From assembly GCF_036588685.1 (NCBI RefSeq), contig NC_086377.1:10354001-10418000 (forward strand): DNA of 64,000 nt, written 5' to 3'. Positions within the stretch are counted from its first letter, which is position 1, and every line of letters begins with the position of its first letter. Under the pieces are notes generated by a model, which worked only from the letters and a program-made list of their open reading frames with translations, made no database searches and was not told the DNA's origin. Of the stretch, positions 54,992 through 64,000 are shown in pieces. Both the position numbers and the translations under genes were made by a program. Source of the stretch: Mytilus trossulus (lineage: Eukaryota).

Positions 54992-55321
54992 GTAAGTGTC
55001 AAGTAGAAAACAGATAAGTATAGCGTCTTATTGTATATGTTGGTTTGTTTGTTTGTGTTGGTGTATACAGATATTTATATAAATTAGTTAGGTAGCTTTA
55101 CAATTTGAAATAATCTCAATCACTATGAGGAAAAATGAGAAAACAAATTAAACTCATAGTAATGACTTTACTATTGAATTATCTGACAGAACACTCGATA
55201 TTCTCAAAATGTTGTACTTTTATTGCATTACTTTTTCAATTAAATCCAATGACGATTTTTTGTTTTTAACTGTATGATTTGCTGTTAAAAAAATTGATTA
55301 TTTTGACTGGTTTTTGTTGAG

Positions 55322-55324
55322 CGT
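55322..55324 (+). pseudogene. Decayed CGT microexon
   Basis: ttgttGAG|cgt|GTAACT: acceptor CAG>GAG and donor +5 G>C relative to intact copies. Confidence 0.55.
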
Positions 55325-56258
55325 GTAACTGTCAAGTAACAATCAGAAAGGTATAATTATATATACTGTAGTTCATTATACAAAGAGAGTAATACAAAGA
55401 TGTTAAGTAAAACAATAAACATGTCATGATTGTGATGTATGGTAGCACCCGTTATGTCTACAAAAGAGGCGGAAGATACCAAGAGACATCTAAACGCATA
55501 ACGTTATAATTTAGTACCCAGAACGACAAAAAGACAATCAAATGAATACAAAATACAACAATCAGGATTGCGTTGTTTTCTATATGTATCTTCATCTTCA
55601 TTACATAACGTGTGATTAATTCAGTAATAAAAGTAAAACAATACACATGTCATTAACGTGATATATGTGAGACTCGCGGGTCGTCTACAAATGAGGCGAA
55701 CGATACCAAAAAGACATTCAAATGCATTGGTCGAATATAAACTGACACCGCCATGGCTAAATCCTAGTGCTACAAAAACACCAACAACAGTCGTCAAACA
55801 AATTGTGTGATTTCATGCACTGATTAATACATTTACCGTCATTGGAAATGCTGAAAGCCGAAATGTATAAACCTGTATAGTTAACAAACCTGTTGTCAGT
55901 TTGTTTTAGATTTATGAGTTTGACTGTCCCTTTGGTATCTTTCGTCTCTCCATTGAAGTATATGTCCTTGGAAAAAACACATCAATATGATTATATCGAC
56001 CTGACGTCCATTTCTTTTTTAGATTTCTTAACAAATTATAAATGTACAAAGCGCCAAATCACACAACTTTTACATTGCAATAACTGGCATCATTATATCT
56101 TATTGACTATACTTTTCAAAAATATGACAAAAACAAACTGTCATCTACAAATGTTCTCCTATCACATTACTACTTATTCCAATAATTATATTGGAGATAA
56201 CTTAATTCTTTTCTAAATGGTATGCTGTATTTAATGGTTATTAATTTGATTGTTTCAG

Positions 56259-56264
56259 ATCGAT
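56259..56264 (+). CDS. 6-nt microexon ATCGAT
   Basis: tgtttcAG|atcgat|GTAAGTgtcaagtagcatacagataagta. Confidence 0.75.
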
Positions 56265-56815
56265 GTAAGTGTCAAGTAGCATACAGATAAGTAATTTACA
56301 CTTATATAATATGCACTTTAAAATGTGATAACATGTATATAACGGTGTTAGAAGAGTTGCAAAGTTAAACAATAAACATACCATTGTAAGAGATAAATTT
56401 TCTCAGTACCGCTGTTCGAAAGTCGTATATCGAATGAGAGAAAAAAAGTAGGTGTCACGTAGAAAACAGATAAGTATAGCGTATAAAGATATATGTAGGT
56501 CATTATATAAAGATATCTGTACCAATTAGTTAAGTAATAGTGAACATTAGATAAACCTTTAAAATGATGTATGGTAGACGTGAGCATAGCTCTAAAATTT
56601 GAAATCATCAACATAACTATTAGGCAAGATGAGAAAACAGAATCTAACTCATAGTAATGACTTTACTTTTGAATTATCTGATAGAACACTCAATAGTCTC
56701 GAAATGATGTACTTTTATTGCATTGCTTTTTTAATTAAATCCAATAACGATTTTTGCTTTTGCCTGAATGATTTGCTGTTCACTATAATGATTAATTTGA
56801 CTGATTTTTGTTCAG

Positions 56816-56818
56816 CGT
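56816..56818 (+). CDS. 3-nt microexon CGT
   Basis: tttttgttcAG|cgt|GTAAGTgtcaagtaacaaacagaaatgtat. Confidence 0.7.
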
Positions 56819-57325
56819 GTAAGTGTCAAGTAACAAACAGAAATGTATAATTATATAAACTGTAGTTCATTATATAAAGAGAGTAATACAAATATGTTAA
56901 GTAAAACAATGAGCATGCGTATAATATGATGTATGATAGCCCTGCGTTATGTTTACAAGAGAGGCGGGAGATACCAAGAGACATTCAAACGCTTAACGTT
57001 ATAATTTAGTACGACGAAAAGACAATCAAATGAATACAAAAAAACAAACAATAATATGATTATATCGACCTGACGTCACTTTTGTTTAGGTTTCTTAACA
57101 AATTATAAATGTACAAAGCGCCAAATCACACAACTTTTACATTGCAATAACTGGCATCATTATATCTTATTGACTATACTTTTCAAAAATATGACAAAAA
57201 CAAACTGTCATCTACAAATTTTCTCCTATCACATTACTATTTATTCCTATAATTATATTGGAGACAACTTAATTCTTTTCTGAATGGTATGCTGTATTTA
57301 ATGGTTATTTATTTGATTGTTTCAG

Positions 57326-57328
57326 GCG
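57326..57328 (+). CDS. 3-nt microexon GCG
   Basis: tgtttcAG|gcg|GTAAGTgtcaagtagcatacagataagta. Confidence 0.72.
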
Positions 57329-57879
57329 GTAAGTGTCAAGTAGCATACAGATAAGTAATTTACACTTATATAATATGCACTTTAAAATGTAATAATATGT
57401 ATATAAAGGTGTTAGAAGAGTTGCAAAGTTAAACAATAAACATGCCATTGTGAGAGATAAATTTTCTCAGTACCGCTGTTCGAAAATCGTATATCGAACG
57501 AGAGAAAACAAGTAGGTGTCACGTAGAAAACAGATAAGTATAGCGTATAAAGATATATGTAGGTCATTATATAAAGATATCTGTACCAATTAGTTAAGTA
57601 ATAGTGAACATTAGATAAACCTTTAAAATGATGTATGGTAGACGTGAGCATAGCTCTAAAATTTGAAATCATCAACATAACTATTAGGCAAGATGAGAAA
57701 ACAGAATCTAACTCATAGTAATGACTTTACTTTTGAATTATCTGATAGAACACTCAATAGTCTCGAAATGATGTACTTTTATTGCATTGCTTTTTTAATT
57801 AAATCCAATAACGATTTTTGCTTTTGCCTGAATGATTTGCTGTTCACTATAATGATTAATTTGACTGATTTTTGTTCAG

Positions 57880-57882
57880 CGT
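57880..57882 (+). CDS. 3-nt microexon CGT
   Basis: tttttgttcAG|cgt|GTAAGTgtcaagtaac. Confidence 0.7.
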
Positions 57883-58389
57883 GTAAGTGTCAAGTAACAA
57901 ACAGAAATGTATAATTATATAAACTGTAGTTCATTATATAAAGAGAGTAATACAAATATGTTAAGTAAAACAATGAGCATGCGTATAATATGATGTATGA
58001 TAGCCCTGCGTTATGTTTACAAGAGAGGCGGGAGATACCAAGAGACATTCAAACGCTTAACGTTATAATTTAGTACGACGAAAAGACAATCAAATGAATA
58101 CAAAAAAACAAACAATAATATGATTATATCGACCTGACGTCACTTTTGTTTAGGTTTCTTAACAAATTATAAATGTACAAAGCGCCAAATCACACAACTT
58201 TTACATTGCAATAACTGGCATCATTATATCTTATTGACTATACTTTTCAAAAATATGACAAAAACAAACTGTCATCTACAAATTTTCTCCTATCACATTA
58301 CTATTTATTCCTATAATTATATTGGAGACAACTTAATTCTTTTCTGAATGGTATGCTGTATTTAATGGTTATTTATTTGATTGTTTCAG

Positions 58390-58392
58390 GCG
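58390..58392 (+). CDS. 3-nt microexon GCG
   Basis: tgtttcAG|gcg|GTAAGTgtcaagtagc. Confidence 0.72.
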
Positions 58393-58943
58393 GTAAGTGT
58401 CAAGTAGCATACAGATAAGTAATTTACACTTATATAATATGCACTTTAAAATGTAATAATATGTATATAAAGGTGTTAGAAGAGTTGCAAAGTTAAACAA
58501 TAAACATGCCATTGTGAGAGATAAATTTTCTCAGTACCGCTGTTCGAAAATCGTATATCGAACGAGAGAAAACAAGTAGGTGTCACGTAGAAAACAGATA
58601 AGTATAGCGTATAAAGATATATGTAGGTCATTATATAAAGATATCTGTACCAATTAGTTAAGTAATAGTGAACATTAGATAAACCATTAAAATGATGTAT
58701 GGTAGACGTGAGCATAGCTCTAAAATTTGAAATCATCAACCTAACTATTAGGCAAGATGAGAAAACAGAATCTAACTCATAGTAATGACTTTACTTTTGA
58801 ATTATCTGACAGAACACTCAATAGTCTCGAAATGATGTACTTTTATTGCATTGCTTTTTTAATTAAATCCAATAACGATTTTTGCTTTTGCCTGAATGAT
58901 TTGCTGTTCACTATAATGATTAATTTGACTGATTTTTGTTCAG

Positions 58944-58946
58944 CGT
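58944..58946 (+). CDS. 3-nt microexon CGT
   Basis: tttttgttcAG|cgt|GTAAGTgtcaagtaac. Confidence 0.7.
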
Positions 58947-59456
58947 GTAAGTGTCAAGTAACAAACAGAAATGTATAATTATATATACTGTAGTTCATTA
59001 TATAAAGAGAGTAATACAAATATGTTAAGTAAAACAATGAGCATGCGTATAATATGATGTATGATAGCCGTGCGTTATGTTTACAAGAGAGGCGGGAGAT
59101 ACCAAGAGACATTCAAACGCTTAACGTTATAATTTAGTACGACGAAAAGACAATCAAATGAATACAAAAAAAACAAACAATAATATGATTATATCGACCT
59201 GACGTCATTTTTATTTGGTTTCTTAACAAATTATAAATGTGCAAAGCGCCAAATCACACAACTGCTACTTTTCAATACAGTAACTGGCATCATTATATTT
59301 TATTGAATATACTTTTCAAAAATATGACAAAAACAAACTGTCATCTACAAGTTTTCTCCTATCACGTTACAATTTATTCAATTAATGTATTGAAGATAAC
59401 TTAATTCGTTGTTAATGGTATGCTGTATTATATGGTTATTTATTTGATTATTTCAG

Positions 59457-59459
59457 TTG
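59457..59459 (+). CDS. 3-nt microexon TTG
   Basis: tatttcAG|ttg|GTAAGTttcaagtagcaaacagataagtat. Confidence 0.72.
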
Positions 59460-59994
59460 GTAAGTTTCAAGTAGCAAACAGATAAGTATAACATGCACTT
59501 CAAAATGAATTAATTTGAATATAATGGTATTAGTAGAGTTGCAAAGTTAAACAAAGAACATAACATTTAAGTGAGAAATATTCTCAATACCGCTGTTCGA
59601 AAGTCGTTTATCGAATGAGAGAAAACAAGTGAGTGTCAAGTAGAAAACATACAGGTATAGCGTATTATTGTGTATGTAGGTCATTATATAAAGGTATTTG
59701 TACCAATTAGTTAAGTACTAGTGAACATTAAATAGCCCATTAAAATGATGTATGGAAGACGCGATCATAGCTTTAAAATGTGAAATCATCAAAATAACTA
59801 TGAGGCAAGATGAGAAAACAAAATAAAACTCATACTAATGACTACTATTGAATTATCTGACAGAAGACTCGATAGTCTCAAAGTATTGTACTTTTATTGA
59901 ATTACTTTTTTAATATAATCCAAAGACGATCTTTGCTTTTGCCTGAATGATTTGCTGTTCACTATAATGATTAATTTGACTGATTTTTGTTCAG

Positions 59995-59997
59995 CGT
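59995..59997 (+). CDS. 3-nt microexon CGT
   Basis: tttttgttcAG|cgt|GTAAGTgtcaaggaacaaacagaa. Confidence 0.65.
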
Positions 59998-60858
59998 GTA
60001 AGTGTCAAGGAACAAACAGAAAAATATAATTATATATACTGTAGCTCATTATATAAAGAGAGTAATACAAGTATGTGAAGTTAAACAATAAGCCTGCTTA
60101 TAATATGATATATGATAGCCGTGCGGTGTGTCTACAAAAGAATCAGAAGATACCATGAGACATTCAAATGCATAACGTAATTGTACCAAGAACGACAAAA
60201 ATACAATCAAATGATTACAAAATACAACAATCAGGATTGTGTTGTTTTCTATATATCTACATTACATAAAGTGTTATAAGTGAAGTAAAGTTAAACAATA
60301 AACATACCATAAATATAATATATGTGAGACTCGTTCCGTCTAATAAAATGGCGAAAGATATCAAAGAGAGATTCAACAGCATTGGTCGGATATAAACTTG
60401 CACCGCTATGGCTAAATCCTAGTGAGACATACAAATAAACAACAGTTTATAAAACAAAACGTAATCTGATGTTATTTCCTGTCTTCTAGATTAATCTTCA
60501 TTGAAAATACAAAATCAAAAATGGGTAAAACTTATGACATATACTAACCAAAACTGTTGAAGTTATTTGGCATCATTATTTAATTTAAATTGAATATATG
60601 ATTGTCCTTTTAAATTACCGATTCTTGATAAGTCTTCACCAGATAGTGACGTTCAAAGACATGGTATCCTGCTCAGCCCTGTCATAGAATTAATTGTCTC
60701 CTTTGTATTAGTCAATCAGGAGTATAATAGAAGAAACTGTCATTTAACAAAATGTTTTTTTTATATTTTTATTACGTATTCAACTAATTCCATTAAAGTT
60801 GGTTAATTCATTGCAGAATTGTATGCTGTAATTTATAATTATTATTATTTGTTTACAG

Positions 60859-60861
60859 CTT
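60859..60861 (+). CDS. 3-nt microexon CTT
   Basis: tttgtttacAG|ctt|GTAAGTtttaagtagaaaacagataagtat. Confidence 0.75.
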
Positions 60862-62064
60862 GTAAGTTTTAAGTAGAAAACAGATAAGTATAGCGTACAT
60901 TTACATAGACAATTTATAATGTAAGGCTTTTGATGCAATGGTGGTGGTAACATAGTTAAGTAAAACAATAATCCCACAACTTACATGACGTATCTCAGAT
61001 GCACGCTCCATCTTTAAAGAGGAGGAAGATAATAGAGAGACATTCAAAATCATTAGTAAAATGTAAACTAAACAAATACCATGGCAAAAATATAAAGAGA
61101 CAAACAACAGTAAAAAAAAACCCCAAAAGACAAGGTAATTTTAGAGACGATGAAAGCCAATACAGTTTTAAATAAAAATAGAGAACATACACATAACTGG
61201 TTGAACTATCACTAGGACAACTTTTTTTGAGGATGTTAGTTAAGAGTCTAGGGTTAACGTTTGTTACATATCCGATAATTTGTCAAACCTTCATAGGATT
61301 GTCTTGAAAACTTTGGCAGAAGATATTTATGATTCAGAAATAAGGTTTTTAAAATATATGTTCATTTGCAGTCTTTTTCTTATAGATGGTTTTGAATTAA
61401 TTTAGTTTTACTTGCAATATTTTTAAACCTGCATTAATTTTTATGAAACTTGGGCTTTATTAATACTGTATAATATCGTTTTGTATACAATGTGAAATAT
61501 CTGATAAATCCATAAATGAACTCATCATAGATAGTTATTAAAACTTTGCTTATCAGATAGTCTTTGTTGTTAGTGTTTTATCGTAAATAATCCAATTCTA
61601 AGGTTTTTTTTCTCGCCAATTAATATATTACAGAGTGACGTAATTGATAAAAGTAAGAACTCGTTTGTATTGGTTTTTTCTAATTTGATTGTTATATAAT
61701 TAACAACTGGATACCATAGAATAAAAAAACATACAGAAGTATTTTGTTATCATGATTGTTATAATTTCATAATATATAATCAATGAGGTTTCAATATCCA
61801 TTTACAATTATTATGGGAGAAAAATATTCATTTTTATCATTTAATTTGCTTTTTATTTGTATATTTTTACTTTTTTGTGATAGCTCTCACATTTAGGAAA
61901 CTACAGTATCTTCTAAATATGATTAACATTTCCAGACAAAATGCTGAACTTAATATGCACAAGTAAAACGTTGTATCTGATGTTTTTAGATGAGTATTTT
62001 CCCTTTCGTTGTTCTCTCAAACTATTCATTCGATCTTAATTGAATGTATATTTCTTTTTTTCAG

Positions 62065-62070
62065 GGGCAT
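62065..62070 (+). CDS. 6-nt microexon GGGCAT
   Basis: tttctttttttcAG|gggcat|GTAAGTaccaaccatataagtat. Confidence 0.7.
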
Positions 62071-62118
62071 GTAAGTACCAACCATATAAGTATGTTGTGA
62101 TAAGTTTAAACAAAATAA

Positions 62119-64000
62119 AAAATAAAACAGCATGTGATATTGAAAATTGCATCTGATATTTTAGTAAATGGGAAAATATATTAAAAAAAAGTTCGTCCCT
62201 CTTTTATCCTTTAGTTTATGGTATAAGTGTATAGTGTACGTACACACATTCATGGTACTGTTTTGTTCTAAAATGATACAACCCATTTTAAGGAGCCACG
62301 TTATATATTATATGAGAATTGATATGGCATTTTGATGAAGCAACATTTTTTTACATTATTTAAAACGTTATGTTATACAGTAAATCTTGCATCTTGTGTT
62401 TCATTTAGGTACTTTATATAGTATGTTATTTTAATTCACAATTGTCGATTCGTACTTATTTATCTTTGATTATAACTACCCTACGTCAACTTGTTTTAGG
62501 ATGAAAACACCAAAGTGTCTTTCGAAAGTCTTGGTGTATAAAAACAAAAATCACATAAATTATGCAATTCATAATAGAAGTTGTTTGATGTAATGTTGTT
62601 ATTAAAATAGCTAGGCAATACAATACACATACCATTTAAATAATGTCACACAGACGTGCATAACGACTACAAAAGAGTCGGAAGATTTAGAGTATCGTTA
62701 AAAATTGTAAAACCAGAAATGTTTTAAGCCAATGACATATGATAACCGGAACAGTTGAAATATTAGACCATAAAAAGCATAAGTGAAACAAGTTTACTCA
62801 ACCTCAGTTCAACTTAACTTTTGTGTGGTGCAACCTTAGTTCTCAAATGATTTCTAAATCTATAAAGCGACACGTTTAATTCATACACATACTGTTTATC
62901 ACATTCCAATGTTTGCCATGCTTGATTTATATACTAATTCAATAATGAGACTTAAAAATAATCTACTATCACAACTACCTATGGTATTCTTATATTGTCG
63001 TTGTTATCTCTCTTTGCTAAATTGTATGCTGTTTTCTGTGGTTATATTTTTATAAGTTGTCCCTCAAGTTAGTGTCAAGTTAGGCAAACACATAGGTATG
63101 GACATTAGTAATTTATAATATAAGGTTTTGTTAAAATGGTAGTAGTCGACTATTAGATTAATAAAAAAAATCATATCAACTTAATGTTGTATCTCAGACA
63201 GGTTCGTCTACAAGGAGGCAATGCCATGACAAACAGCAGTATACACAAAAACAAAATCAGCATTTTGAGTCATGCGTTATAGCGGAGCGAAATAAATCAG
63301 ACATTTTCAGTTTGACTGTCTGGTACCTTTCAGCCCTCTTTCATAGATTATACTGCATAAGAGATACTGAAAGCAAGGATAGTGAAAGCCAAAAATTATA
63401 AAAACAAATGTATTTGAAGAACTACATTAACATATCAACATATATAAAAATGGTTAAATCAACTCAAAGTCAACGTTATTCGTTTTTGAATAATAATTCA
63501 ATATTATGCTGTATTCAGTGATTATTTATTTATGTTTTCAGCAAGTAAGTGTCAAGTAGCAAACAGATAAGTATAGAAAACAATTATATATGCAATTTAT
63601 AATATAACGATAGTTATACAATGACGTCAGTAAAGCAGTAAAGTTAAACAATAAACACGTGTACTAGTACCATTTTATGAAAAGAAATATTTATATAAGA
63701 CATGATAAGATATTCGAGACAGAATTTTTAAAGCTGAGACGAATGTTTGTTTATGTGTACAGCCCGTGTTTTGTATACATATGTTGAAAAGAATGTCGGC
63801 AATTCTATACGTTTTGCATTTCCAAAATTATTCTGTCTTTCCAAAAAAGCATAACACTTTAAAAATTCAAAACGCCCAAAGCGCTTTTTGGGTTAAAGTA
63901 ACGTGCACTTTTACGAAGCGGATCAAGTCAGACATAATTTGTTCAGATTTTTTGCCACATTACAATGATTACCATAAGCATCATTGAAACAAAACACATA
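62119..64000 (+). repeat. Segmental duplication, paralogous to 1-2136
   Basis: Direct match to the window start. Confidence 0.95.
63542..63544 (+). CDS. 3-nt microexon CAA
   Basis: tgttttcAG|caa|GTAAGTgtcaagtagcaaacagataagtat; paralog of 1440-1442. Confidence 0.75.

Larger units (their letters stand above)
55984..60230 (+). repeat. 1064-bp tandem repeat array (three near-identical units plus one diverged; older partial unit at ~54990-55560) carrying microexons
   Basis: Identical ORF-track peptides at 56629, 57693, 58757 (spacing 1064); unit starts near 55984, 57052, 58116, 59181. Confidence 0.95.

Noticed and set aside
56348-58978. Repeated 73-aa and 87-88-aa ORFs
   Set aside because: By-products of the 1064-bp intronic repeat; no domain features and disrupted in the diverged units.

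Overview
AT-rich eukaryotic genomic DNA, most likely from a bivalve mollusc such as a Mytilus mussel. That assignment is inferred from the repeat families and the RING-less B-box gene type. The main signal is a + strand TRIM-like gene (B-box1, B-box2, coiled-coil; exon 1 at 39477-40243). It continues through three short phase-2 exons (57, 66 and 21 nt) and then an array of at least 12 ultra-short microexons of 3 or 6 nt (54989-63544). Each microexon has an AG acceptor and a GTAAGT donor, and most are followed by a conserved intronic module GTAAGTGTCAAGTAGMAAACAGATAAGTA. The first ~2.1 kb of the window is a paralogous copy of the last ~1.9 kb. The window start therefore shows how such a gene ends: two more microexons, a C-S-C-G-G exon and a terminal exon. 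Joined together, the microexons encode the loop between two Cys pairs of a small C-terminal zinc-ribbon-like domain (YRCVKC...[variable]...YRCSCGG). This points to a splice-combinatorial, residue-by-residue diversification system in a probably immune-related protein; IRF-like and NF-kB-like sites lie upstream of the ATG. A second, partly decayed 3' cassette (microexons, a C-S-T-C exon and a terminal exon) lies at 22.2-29.5 kb. The rest is transposon-rich: two near-identical I-group LINE insertions in the introns, Penelope-like fragments with hammerhead ribozymes, an 8.5-kb long-TIR element with nested MITEs and a Helentron-type element, and minisatellites. All exon calls come from splice signals and reading-frame logic only and need transcript confirmation.
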